From: Octopus sinensis
Taxonomy: Eukaryota
Assembly (NCBI RefSeq): GCF_006345805.1
Contig: NC_043004.1
Coordinates: 105,462,001 to 105,526,000 of the forward strand
Reading direction: 5' to 3'
DNA length: 64,000 nucleotides
Shown here: positions 1 to 11,275 of the stretch, in pieces
Position numbering within the stretch: the stretch's first letter is position 1
How the letters are laid out: each line of letters starts with the position of its first letter
The notes under the pieces: generated by a model
Told to the model about the DNA's origin: nothing
The model's input: the letters and a program-made list of their open reading frames with translations, nothing else
Database searches by the model: none
Translations under genes and position numbers: made by a program

Positions 1-210
1 TTCAATATGTGGACCGCAGTGTATCGTTGGTGATTTTCTTTCTCCGTCTTCCTTTCTTTGAACTTTTTCTATTTCTGATGAAGAGCTCCACTCGAAACGT
101 AAAATTTTCTTTCTTTTCTTTCTTTTCTTAAGCGTCCAATAACACTGTACTTATTCCACATCCTCGCATTGTTGTTTTTTTTCTTGCTTGTTCATGTTTG
201 GATTGACTAT
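1..210 (+). mobile_element. Penelope-like terminal repeat (pLTR) / retrozyme-like repeat, family H1, with minimal hammerhead ribozyme
   Basis: Contains CTGATGA-A-GAG-CTCCA-CTC-GAAAC-GTA (75-101) followed by the tail gcgtccaataacactgtacttattccacatcctcgcattgttg...tttggattgac. The same repeat occurs at about 640-835, 13015-13224 (minus) and 16982-17055 (tail only). The PLE assignment rests on the known association of minimal type I hammerheads with PLE pLTRs. Confidence 0.7.
71..105 (+). ncRNA. minimal type I hammerhead ribozyme motif
   Basis: Stem I ATTT(71-74)/AAAT(102-105), core CTGATGA (75-81), extra A, stem II GAG/CTC, GAAAC (94-98), self-complementary ACGT stem III, GUA cleavage triplet. 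Confidence 0.7.
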
Positions 211-606
211 ATATATATATATATATATATATGTACCGTCATTTTAACATCCACATTTCCATGGGATGGACAGAATTCGTAGTGACAGAATTTGTTGAGA
301 TGAAAAATTTTCAATGCTACCTTCTGTCACCAACCTTCTCCAGTTTTCAAGTAAAGTAATATTTTTCCATGAGCAGGCATGTCTTGGAAGACTGGAAATG
401 AAGGACATCGCTTGCCTAATGCAACTGAGGCAGAGAATTTGTTTTGCTCTGTGAGCATCACATCACTGTGGCCATGAAGCTGGGGTTGCAAGACAAATTA
501 TCAGCCTCAGCTTCAATAAAAACCATCATGCAAGCAGTGTCCTTTGTTTCAAATCTTTCAAGACATATCAATTGTTCAACATAAAGCAATGTGCATATCT
601 ATCTAC

Positions 607-638
<32 letters not shown>

Positions 639-639
639 G

Positions 640-832
640 TGACCATGTATGTACCGGGGGATTTTTTTTCCTCTGTCTTCCCTCTCTGGATCTTTCCTTC
701 TCCTATGTTTCCGACAAAGAGTCCGCTCGAAACATTAAACCTCCTTCTTTCCTTTTCCTGAGCATCCAATAATACTATATTTGTTCCACGTCCTCGCGTT
801 GTTGTGTTTTTTGTGCTTTCTTGTTGGATTAA

Positions 833-835
<3 letters not shown>
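640..835 (+). mobile_element. H1 pLTR-like repeat, hammerhead core mutated
   Basis: Same repeat as 1-210. The core reads CCGACAAAGAGTCCGCTCGAAACATT, so it is degenerate. Confidence 0.7.
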
Positions 836-874
<39 letters not shown>

Positions 875-1641
875 ATATATATATACACATATACATTTAC
901 CATAAAAACCCATGTAATTTGTGCACCTGTGAATTACACAGGTGATTTTCAGGATAAAAATTTTTAAATAAACTTCTATGTGTAAAATCACACCCAAAAG
1001 TTTACAGAATTGCCGATTATGGCCAGGGGAAAAATGTTTTCAATTTATTTGTGTTTAGCAGAATTTCACTTACTTATGATTAGATTTTATTAAATTTTCA
1101 CTAAATAAAAATAATTCTGTTCAAACAGGTATCACATTGAAAGCTATAAATTACAAAGTGTTTGTTTTCTTTATGATAAACTTTATTTTACATTTCTTAC
1201 CCACAAGAGATTATATCCGATCTTTAGCATATGTTCTTCTCAAATCACGATCGCAGGCAAAGTTGTTATAATTCTTATCAACAAAACCCAAAAAAACTGA
1301 TAAATATGCACAAGTGTTGCAAAATAAGTTTAATTACCAATAAACATCAGTTTGGATGACACTTTACTCAACTGACAGAGGAAAGGTGACTGATGTGAAA
1401 CTGATTATGTGAACAGAATTCTAATTGGTTGAAAGTGCCTTCTTGTCTCAAGCTCTGATTTTGCTTTTCTTGTCAGAACCTTTGATACTGGAGTATCGAA
1501 ATTTCACACTTATAAAATTGTCAAGCAAACTTTAAAATTTGTCATTACTGTTTTAGCCAGGGGACCAAACTGATAGTTTTAACCCCCTAAAATAAACATT
1601 AGAAATCAAAAAGAGAAAATAAACAGCTTCGCAAGTTTAAC

Positions 1642-1702
1642 TCAGTGTTTATTGAACAAGAAGGTGCGAAGTTTAAGAAGCGACTTGTTAGATGTTACAC
1701 GT
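1642..1702 (-). CDS. candidate terminal coding exon (RVTSNKSLLKLRTFLFNKH*); duplicate copy at 2510-2571 carries indels
   Basis: Minus-strand acceptor tttttgctattcttgtttatgtctcctcacag (complete in copy 2). Only the phase-2 frame stays open, ending at TGA, followed by AT-rich sequence with AATAAA motifs. No homology recognised. Confidence 0.35.
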
Positions 1703-1724
1703 CTGTGAGGAGACATAAACAAGA

Positions 1725-1824
1725 NNNNNNNNNNNNNNNNNNNNNNNNNNNNNNNNNNNNNNNNNNNNNNNNNNNNNNNNNNNNNNNNNNNNNNNNNNNN
1801 NNNNNNNNNNNNNNNNNNNNNNNN
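1725..1824. other. assembly gap (100 N)
   Basis: Exactly 100 N, a typical scaffolding placeholder. Confidence 0.99.
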
Positions 1825-3486
1825 AAAATTTTTTAAATAAACTTCTACTTGTGTAAAATTCACACCCAAAGTTTACAGAATTGCCGATATGGCCAGGGGA
1901 AAAATGGTTTTCAATTTATTTGTGTTTAGCAGAATTTCACTTACTTATGATTAGATTTTATTAAATTTTCACTAAATAAAAATAATTTCTGTTCAACAGG
2001 TATCACATTGAAAGCTATTAAATTACAAAGTGTTTGTGTTCTTTATGATAAACTTTATTTTACATTTCTTACCCACAAGAGATTATATCCGATCTTTAGC
2101 ATATGTCTTCTCAAATCACGATCGCAGGAAAAGTTGTTTATAATTCTTATCAACAAAAACAAAACTGATAAATATGCACAAGTGTTGCAAAATAAGTTTA
2201 ATTACCAATAAACATCAGTTTGGATGACACTTTACTCAACTGACAGAGAAAGGTGACTGATGAAACTGATTATGTGAACAGAATTCTAATTGGTTGAAAG
2301 TGCCTTCTTGTCTCAAGCTCTGATTTTCTGCCTTTTCTTGTCAGAACCTTTGATACGGAGTATCGAAATTTCACACTTATAAAATGTCAAGCAAACTTTA
2401 AAATTTGTCATTACTGTTTTAGCCAGGGGACCAAACTGATAGTTTGGTAACCCCCTAAAATAAACATTAGAAATCAAAAAGAGAAAATAAACAGCTTCGC
2501 AAGTTTAACTCAGTGTTTATTGAACAAGAGAGGTGCGAAGTTTAAGAAGCGACTTGTTAGAATGTACACGTCTGTGAGGAGACATAAACAAGAATAGCAA
2601 AAATCTACGATACCAAAAGAACTGATAATACATACATTACAAGTGTTCTATGAAGAGAACATAAGATTGCTGCATAATTCAACATGAATGTGAAATGACA
2701 TTAAACATCGTACAAGGTAAATGAAGGTTTCTGTAGGAATGCTAAGTCATATTCACTTAGTAAGTTTACATGTGCAAGGATGAATTATGATGTTGTTGTC
2801 GGTATCAGATGCAGTAAGAGCAGGTTGTGGCTGGTAGTTAGTGGTGAGGAATTTTATTGTCCAAATGCAGAGAAAGCAAGCAATAGCTTCCTGGAGGCAA
2901 ACGTATGCTAGACTTCCTAAGTAGAGAAAAACTGATCTATTTAAGGAAATTGCTAGGCTCCATTGTGATGGGTAGAAACTCTAAGCAATGTAAAATATGG
3001 CCCGGACTGTGATTACCAGCATAAACCTCAAACTTCAAAAAGTAGTTAACCCTTTAATGGTTTTATTAAATTTATACAGAAAATGTAAGCATTATACTGT
3101 CCAGTATAAATAAATGTCAACTTCATACTATTTTTTCTGTAAAAACCTATTCTGATATTAAATGAGTCAACTTTCAGTACAAATGTTTACATTTATACAT
3201 CATTTTTCAAGAAAAATATTTCTAAAAAAATTCTAGAAATGATCTACTCATGTAATTTTATGCACCCACTAAAATTTATTTTTGTTTTTGCAAAAAAAGT
3301 CTGTAAATTACTTGGGTTTTTATGGTGTGGTGATCTAAACGAATAGGTATGCTGAATAAGTGCTATTGTTGGTTGTCCATCAGGTTCCAAGTTCACAGCT
3401 GAGGCTGGATCTAGGGATCTGTATTAGAGTCCTGTCATAGCAGGTATATATTATATTAGAGGATAAAGCAGAATCAAGGCAGAACA

Positions 3487-3967
3487 AGTACCGCAAATCA
3501 ATTAGAATAATTTTATTAGGGTAAGGTGTATTTGAAATCTTACAACCATTTCTGGGATTACTCAAATGGTAGATTAAAATATCCACGCACAGGGTTTTCC
3601 ATCATTAGAGACAAGGTATGAATATTTTAGACAGATAAAATTGACAGTTTACAAGGAATAAAATATATTCACTGTTTATAAGGAATGAAATAGAAGAATA
3701 AAGGAGTAAATACAAGAATATTCTACCTTTACTCTATTCTTCTATTTACTTCTTTATTTTTGCATTTTATTCCTTATAAACTGTGAATCTATTTAATCAT
3801 TGTAAACTGTAGATTTTCTCTCTCTAAAATATTCATACCTTGTCTCTGATGATGGAATACCCAGTGCATGGAGATGCTAACCTACCACTTGTGTTATCCC
3901 AGAAACGGCTGTAAGACTTCAAATACACCTTACCCTAACTAAATTATTCTAAATGACTTGAAATACT
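3487..3967. repeat. long imperfect palindrome (inverted pLTR-like pair)
   Basis: Left arm ...attagaataattttattagggtaaggtgtatttgaaatcttacaaccatttctggg...ccatcattagagacaaggtatgaatattttag is the reverse complement of the right arm ctaaaatattcataccttgtctctgatgatgg...cccagaaacggctgtaagacttcaaatacaccttaccctaac... Confidence 0.9.
3842..3917 (+). ncRNA. type I hammerhead ribozyme motif in palindrome right arm
   Basis: Stem I GTCT(3842-3845)/AGAC(3914-3917), CTGATGA (3846-3852), stem II TGGAATAC...GTTATCCCA with a large loop, GAAAC (3902-3906), short stem III, GUA triplet (3911-3913). Confidence 0.6.
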
Positions 3968-4066
3968 CATCCTGCCTTGGTTTTACTTTTTCCTCTAATA
4001 TAAATATTATACATACATACAACATACATACATACATACATATATATATATATTATATATATATAT

Positions 4067-4117
<51 letters not shown>

Positions 4118-4163
4118 TAGATAGATAGATAGATAGACAGATATATGTATGTATACATATAAA

Positions 4164-4540
4164 GCACAGGAGTGACTGTGTGGTAAGAAGCTTGGTTCCC
4201 AACTGCATGGTTTTGGGTTCAGTCCCACTGTGTAACACCTTGCGCAAGTGTCTTCTACTACAGCCTCAGGCTTTGTGAGTGGATTTGGTCGATGGAAACT
4301 GAAAGAAGCCTGTTGTATATATATATATGTATGTATGTATGCATGTATGTATGCACCATCACTTGACAACCGATGGTGCATTTATGTCCCTGTAACTTAG
4401 TGGTTCATCAAAAAGAAACCAATAGAATAAGTACTAAGGCTTACAAAGAATAAGTCCTGGGGTTGATTTGTTCGACTAAAGGTGGTGCTCCAGTATGGCT
4501 GCAGTCAAATGACTGAAACAAGTAAAAGAATAAAAGAACA
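4164..4540 (+). mobile_element. tRNA-headed SINE family A (OR-like, CORE-type)
   Basis: Head gcacaggagtgactgtgtggtaagaag...gggttcagtccc, CORE-like accttg(g)gcaagtgtc, internal microsatellite, tail ggtgctccagtatggctgcagtcaaatgactgaaacaagtaaaag. Confidence 0.85.
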
Positions 4541-4789
4541 TACATATGTATATATATGATGGACTTCTTTCAGTTTCCAAATATCAACTCCAGTCACAAG
4601 GCTTTGGTCAGTCCAAGGTTATTGTAAAAGACACTTGCCCTAAGAGCTACACAGTGGGACTGAACCCAGAAACATGTGGTTGGGAAGCAAACTTCTTACC
4701 ACTCAGCCACTTCTGTGCCTATTTATAGTTAGCAAGGCCTTAATAATTTTATTTTCTCTGACCCCCAAATCAAAATAATTTTTTTACAT

Positions 4790-5065
4790 ATTTTTCTATA
4801 AATGGAAATCTCATTTAGATCCCCATGTCTCAGTAATTTTCCTTTCCTTAAAAAATGGTCACAATAGAATGGAATGAGAATCTAAAAAATATAAATTAAA
4901 TCCATGAAGGGAAGAAAGACAAACAAACAATGAATCAAGTAAAAGCATTGAAAACATGAAGAACTGACGTGAGTCTTAATAATATTCCGGTGAGATTTGA
5001 ATATCAAAATTGTAGAATATAGATAGAATAATCACTGCTACTACTGCTACACCAACAATAACGAC
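4790..5065 (+). repeat. local diverged direct repeat, partner at about 7345-7612
   Basis: Shared blocks gagaatctaaaaaa, ccatgaa(g/a)ggaagaaagac, aagaactgacgtgagtcttaataatatt and gatagaataatcactgc. Confidence 0.8.
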
Positions 5066-5129
5066 AACAATAATTGCAAAAAAGAACATTATGAATTGAC
5101 AACATATTTTGTTGTGATGAATAATTTAT

Positions 5130-5545
5130 TTTCACTTGGAGGAAATGTGGTGGTGGTGGTGGTGGTGATGATGATGCTGATGATGAGGATGATGATGATG
5201 GTGGTGATGGTTTTGGTGGTGGTGGTGGTTGCGATGGTACTAATGGTGATGGTAGTGGTGATGGTGATGGTGGTGGAGGTGGTGGTGTTGGTGGTGGTAG
5301 TGGTGATGGTTGCGATGGTGGCAATGGTGATGGTAGTGGTGATGGTGATGGTGGTGGAGGTGGTAGTGGTGGCGGCGGCGGCGGCGGCAGTGGTGGTGGT
5401 AGTGGTGGTCATGGCGATGATTTGGATAGTAATAATAAGAGCAGCAATAAGCATGATGATAGCAATAGTGATGAGTAAAGTGGTAACGATGGTGTTAACC
5501 ATGATGGGGTAGAATGGATGGTGTTGATGTTGTCATTGTTGATGC

Positions 5546-5576
<31 letters not shown>

Positions 5577-5705
5577 AGTGACGAGGATGAGGCAAATGAT
5601 GATGATGATGAGAAGGTGGAAAACGATAAGGGTACCAACAACGACAACAACAACAATATTAATGTGATGCTGGTGGTTGTGGTGGTGGTGGAGATGGCAG
5701 AGGTG
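5130..5705. repeat. compound trinucleotide low-complexity tract (GGT/GAT/GTT/GGC)
   Basis: Direct inspection. It explains the poly-V/M/T/P ORFs in the track. Confidence 0.95.
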
Positions 5706-6374
5706 ATATATAAATAAACAAATAAAGAACGGCAGTGATAGAAATTGGAATTTTCCAAACTGAATAGGAAGAGGAAGAAGAGGAAGCCAAAGATTGTGAG
5801 ATAATACGAAGGTAAACTAACATTGGAATCTATCACTTGAATCATGCAAATCAATAAACATGGCATTATCGGAGCAGATCAAGAGACCAATGCAACAAAA
5901 CATGAAGATCCACTTCCAAATGGTTTTCACTTAATCCATTCTAATGAAATATAACAGAAGCAATAATCTGTTCTAATGAAACAGAACTGAAGTGATCTTC
6001 TCGCCTTCCATCTATGTTAATATTAAAGGACTTGGTAAACTCTATGCCTGTTTTACTGTATTTATTCCTCGCATGAAGTGTCCCTCCCACCACTATACAC
6101 TTCTTTCTCTCTTTTTCATCCTACAGAGCAATATTTTCTGGAGATTCTTCCATTCTATTTTTATTTAACTCATTCAGTTACCATTCTATTTCATTTTACT
6201 TTACTGAACTCCAAAAACTCAAGCCATTATGGGCGACTCTATGTTTTTGACTTAATTAAAAAAAGGCAGCTAAATCTTCCTTAAATCATGAATCAGAATT
6301 TTAAAATTTGCATAAAAACAAAAGAGAGAGAAAGGAAGGATATAGCGTGTAGTGTCATCCTAGATACACTCTGT

Positions 6375-6632
6375 GGTGGTGCATGGTTTAGTGGTTAGAG
6401 GTGTTGGATTCATGATCGTAAGATTGTGGTTTCAATTCCTGGACAGGGCAATGTGTTGTGTTTTTGAGCAAAACACTTCATTTCATGTTGTTCCAGTCCA
6501 CTCAGCTGGCAAAAATGAATAATCCTGTGACGGACTGGCATCCTTTCCAGGTGTGGGAATAAATATGCTATGGAAACTGGGAAACCAGCTCTTATGAGTC
6601 AGGATGACTCAAGAAGGAGATTTACTTTTACT
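6375..6632 (+). mobile_element. tRNA-headed SINE family C
   Basis: A box tggtttagtggttag, B-box-like gtttcaattcc, body gtgtttttgagcaaaacacttcatttcatgttgttccagtccactcagctggcaaaaatg. Related copies lie at about 16370-16640 (-), 29170-29375 (-) and 56670-56910 (+). Confidence 0.75.
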
Positions 6633-6899
6633 TAGACACATTATAATTGTTTGAAAGGTTTTTTTCATCATAAAGTTGATTTCTTGATCAAGGCTACTCT
6701 GGAGCAATACTGCAATGACAACATGAACCACACCAACACAGAGGGGTCCTCTATACAGTTATTCAAGATGCTAGAAACAGGAGCCACGTCTCCCCCAAAT
6801 CACATTCTGCTGTCTTAAAAGGCAGAAAGAAAGACTGAGACTTAAATACACTCACCACCAATACCCCACCACCACCACCACCGCTGCCACCACCATCAC

Positions 6900-7310
6900 C
6901 ATTACCACCACCACCACCATCATCATCACTACTGTTATTTAACAGCCATGTTCCAAGTTAGCATGGGTTGGATAGTTTGACAGCATCCAATGCATCCAAG
7001 GACTGCATTGTGCTCCTGTGACTGTTTTGGCATGGCTTCTATGGCTGGATACCCTTCCTGGCACCAATCGCTTTGCAACATGTACTGGGTGATTTTCTTC
7101 ATGCAACCAATACCAGTGAGAGTACAATTCAGCTTGCAGGACCACAAACCCCAGGGAGGCAACTTCATGCTTGGAAATGAGGAGTAAAGAAAGAAGAAGT
7201 ATGAGAGAAAGGGGCTGAAGCAGAACAGGTTTCTTGCTGTACAGAATGCACATGACTACTCACATCTCAGAGGTTAAGTTGGGAGTGATCATGTGGAGCT
7301 AGAAAGCAAT
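6900..7310 (-). mobile_element. diverged RTE-type 3' tail repeat
   Basis: ccatgttccaagttagcatgggttggatagtttgac...ggctggatacccttcctggcaccaatc, the same tail family as 33850-34582. Confidence 0.65.
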
Positions 7311-7749
7311 AAAACCGAAAAAGTGGTGATGAGATCAGTGTGAACCCTTAAGATACAAAATGGGTAGGAATGATCCCCATAGTTTCTCAATAATTTCTTT
7401 AAAAAATAATCACAAAAAATGGAAAGAGAATCTAAAAAAATAAGATCCATGAAAGGAAGAAAGACAAGCAATGAATTGAATAAAAGCATTTAATATATAA
7501 AGAACTGACGTGAGTCTTAATAATATTTCAGTGAGATTCGAATGTCAAAATTGTCGGAGGAAGATAGAATAATCACTGCCACTATCACTAGACCAATAAT
7601 AACAGAGGGAACAGGAGTGAGTTTGGAGTACGGAGTAGATGTGTAATAGTGCAAAAATGTAGGATGGTCATGGTCGACATACCATTTTAATCATAGGTCT
7701 AAGCACTTGCTTAGGGAATTTAACACCAACCATAAACACAATGAGCTAA

Positions 7750-7960
7750 TCCTTTAGCATTCAGATTTCTTTGTCAAATGTATTTTCTTAATTATTCACA
7801 ATGTCTTGAATTAATCATGCATTATCTCAAAGCATTGAGATTTCAACGATGTGATTGTTTATTCTTAGAATGACATTGTAGGATAGGTGTGAGAGGTTGG
7901 ATCTAAGATAACACTGGTAGAATATTTGGGCTGAATATGGTCAGATTAAATGATAAAGGG
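7750..7960. mobile_element. piggyBac-type MITE
   Basis: Ends cctttagcatt / aatgataaaggg form TIRs, and the right end is followed by TTAA. Confidence 0.6.
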
Positions 7961-8189
7961 TTAAATTAGCTAGAAATGGAAGCCAGATCACATCTTTTAT
8001 TTTGAAAAAGATCAAAAGTATCCCCACTTCAAAGAAAGGACATGTTGCACAATGTAGTCCAAAATAAACAACAACAGCCTTAACAGTGACAACAACAACA
8101 ACAGTGACTCCAAAACCTCCAAAATGTCTTTTACTATGCATCACATGACCCAGATATGGTATCTCTGTAATTACTTCTGTCTGAGGCAT

Positions 8190-9625
8190 CACCTTTCTGT
8201 TGACTATAATGCAGTCATTGTCCCTTTTTGAACAATCAGATTCCCTATATGGGTGACAAGGCCATATCTTATTCTTTCAGATATTTTAAGCATCTTCTCG
8301 GCAATTCCTGATGGGTCAGAAACTTTCCCAGTTTTTATATCCTTAATTGCTTTAACTATCATGCTTCTATCAATTTGGTTAGCTGGTCCCTCTGTTGGGT
8401 CCACATTAGGTTGATTCTCCTTCTCTCATGCATTCTCCACATCTAGCAGCCTTTCATAATGACACTTCCACACCTATTTCTTTGCAGAATTATTAAGTGC
8501 AAGTGTACTGTCATTCATTCAAACACACTTCCCTCCTACAACATCACAATTTTCTCTGTCTTGCAATCTGGAACCCCTCATTCCTCTGGTCCTCACACTA
8601 CAGAACATTGGCAAACTCCTTCCTGTCAGCTTCTTCCCTAGCCAAATATACCTGTTACCCCCCTTCTCTTCTTGCTACTTGTTATAGTTCTCTGCTACCC
8701 TAACTCTTCCTGTCCTTCCAGACCTATTTCTTTGCACTTATGACCCTGCCTACTATATTCTTCCACTACTATGTCACCCTAGGTCTGGCTGGGACTTGGC
8801 ACCATTCACAAATTTGGACTGTGGTTCTCAGTAAATTGTCCTGTGGAAACTTCCAGTTGTCCTCCATGTTACATGTTTACCATTTACTCTCCCTCTCACC
8901 AGATGTATCAATTAGGACATCCCTAAATTTCTGACTATTCAAAAGACTCTTAAGCTTACAAATTCTTCTTTTCTAGGCTGGTCTGCCTCTTTGAATCCTT
9001 CTAACCTGAGGTCTGAAGTCATTAACGACTAATCTGTTGAGCAGTACATTCTTCCCTTGTGAAGGGTCTTTGTGTTTATGAGTAAACAATATTCCATTTC
9101 CTAGTGGAAGCACTCCGTCGGTTACGACGATGAAGGTTCCGGTTGATCCAATCAACGGAACAGCCTGCTCCTGAAATTAACGTGTAAGTGGCTGAGCACT
9201 CCACAGACACGTGTACCCTTAACGTAGTTCTCGGGGATATTCAGTGTGACACAGAGAGTGACAAGGCCGGCCCTTTGAAATACAGGTACAACAGAAACAG
9301 GAATAAGAGTGAGAGAAAGTTGTGGTGAAAGAGTACAGCAGGGATCACCACCATCCCCTGCCGGAGCCTCGTGGAGCTTTAGGTGTTTTTGCTCAATAAA
9401 CACTCACAACGCCTGGTCTGGGAATCGAAACCGCGATCCTATGACCGCGAGTCCGCTGCCCTCCACTGCATTTCTTAGTGAGCATGTAGTCAATCTGGTT
9501 ACCAGATCGATAGGTTATCAAATGACTGGCTGGTTTCCTGAAGCTGGTTTTGCAGATCATTAGGTTATTTGCATCGCAAAACTCCAGCAGCCGTTTCCTC
9601 CTCATTATTGGAACTACCATCATTT
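8190..9625 (-). pseudogene. decayed RTE-clade LINE ORF2 fragment (APE endonuclease end to pre-RT linker), interrupted by a SINE
   Basis: Minus-strand peptides RLLEFCDANNLMICKTSFRKPASHLITYRSGNQIDYMLT, RLVVNDFR, WKCHYERLLDVEN and DPTEGPANQIDRSMIVKAIKDIKTGKVSDPSGI, all typical of RTE ORF2, with stops and frameshifts. Confidence 0.85.
9110..9475 (-). mobile_element. tRNA-headed SINE family D (OK-like), tail type 1
   Basis: Head gcggactcgcggtcataggatcgcggtttcgattcccagacc is shared with 52252-52565. Tail ...ctcagccacttacacgttaatttcaggagcaggctgttccgttg...gtcgtaaccgacggagtg. Confidence 0.8.
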
Positions 9626-9849
9626 ATTTGTGTCACACTTGCTGCATATACCAAAAGAGGGTGTGGTATACAACCATTGTTAATATACAGATGAATGATA
9701 ACTGATTAGTGAATTAGTTAATTATTTGATAGGCACTCTTCAATCACATTTCAGTGCTAAGTGTGCAAACTGTGACATTTGTATTGTAGTAGTATCATTG
9801 AGTGAGCACTGGAATGGATGGAAGGTGGGGTGGACAGAAGGAAGGTTAC

Positions 9850-10065
9850 CAGAAGGGAGGTCTCCAGGAGAGAAGAGAGGTTTCTGATAGAGACAAAAGG
9901 TTTCTGGAAGAGAAGAGAGGGTTTCCTGTAGAGAATAGAGGTCTCTGGTACTGAAAAGGAGTTTCCAGTAGAGACGAACGGTACTGAAAAGGGGTTTCTG
10001 ATAGACAACAACAGTTTCCAGTAGAGAATAGATGTTTCTGGTTTTAGGTAGAGAAGTTTCTGGTA
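9850..10065. repeat. degenerate minisatellite with a unit of about 19-20 bp (gtttctggtagagaagagag-like)
   Basis: Recurrent gtttct(g/c)(g/a)tagaga units. Confidence 0.7.
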
Positions 10066-10192
10066 CAGGTGGTGGGAGCCAAAATGGTTGGATGCATCGT
10101 GAGCGAGAGAGTGAGTGAGTGAAGACTCAAGGCAATATTACAAGGGAATCAAACAGCTTTATGAGAGAGAGAGAAAATACATAAATTGTCAA

Positions 10193-10610
10193 TGCGCAGG
10201 AGTGGCTGTGTGGTAAGTAGCTTGTTTACCAGCCACATGGTTCCAGGTTCAGGCCCACTGCGTGGCATCTTGGGCAAGTGTCTTCTGTTATAGCCCCAGG
10301 CTGACCAATGCCTTGCGAGTGGATTTGGTAGACGGAAACTGAAAGAAGCCTGTCGTATATATGTATATATATATATGTATGTGTATGTGTGTGTGTTTGT
10401 GTGTCTGTGTTTGTCCCCCTAGCATTGCTTGACAACCGATGCTGGTGTGTTTACGTCCCCGTCACTTAGCGGTTCGGCAAAAAGAGACCGATAGAATAAG
10501 TACTGGGCTTACAAAGAATAAGTCCCGGGGTCGATTTGCTCGACTAAAGGCGGTGCTCCAGCATGGCCGCAGTCAAATGACTGAAACAAGTAAAAGAGTA
10601 AAGAGTAAGT
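10193..10610 (+). mobile_element. SINE family A, full length
   Basis: gcgcaggagtggctgtgtggtaag...(TA/TG)n...ggcggtgctccagcatggccgcagtcaaatgactgaaacaagtaaaagag. Confidence 0.9.
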
Positions 10611-10668
10611 CAAAAAGCAACCTACATTGGATGAAATATTATAATTATCACAAAAAAGACAGGATAAC

Positions 10669-10702
<34 letters not shown>

Positions 10703-11038
10703 ATATATATTATTTTTGAACTTATATATTTTTATCTTTTCTCTTCTATTCTAATAAATTATCATTGTTTCTTTTCAACTTTATATGGATTCAAAACTAA
10801 CAATAAATGACCACATGAAAATCATCAAAGTTGTTGTTATGTACATAATGCAGGAAACTTAATAGAAAGATGCTGCTACCAAGTTCAAAGCTAACATCTT
10901 AACAATTTTGTTGAGGTCATCTATCATTAATTTTCAATCCATAGTGAGATGAAGAGGAAAAATAATTAGATTACAAGAGAAAAATATATAGTATATATAT
11001 ATATGTATGTGTTTATATATGTGTGTGTGTGTATGTGC

Positions 11039-11123
<85 letters not shown>

Positions 11124-11275
11124 GTGTGTGTGGGAGAATGCAAAGTAAGCATAGTATTGATATCACAGTGCAGTGCTCAGATATTTGAGAACTTAATTCC
11201 AACTCGTTTATCTTGGGTTAGTGCCTCTGGTGTTGAAAGTTGTCTATAAGAACAATCCTTATCACACTGTTAGGG

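Larger units (their letters stand above)
957..2594. repeat. near-identical direct duplication (about 957-1724 and 1825-2594) flanking the assembly gap
   Basis: Both copies run from aaaatttttaaataaacttcta to gagacataaacaaga and differ mainly by 1-nt indels. Copy 1 ends exactly at the gap and copy 2 starts exactly after it. Confidence 0.9.

Noticed and set aside
5004-5866. Poly-Val/Met/Thr/Pro ORFs, and likewise all CV/HT/YI-repeat ORFs across the window
   Set aside because: Translations of tri- and dinucleotide microsatellites.
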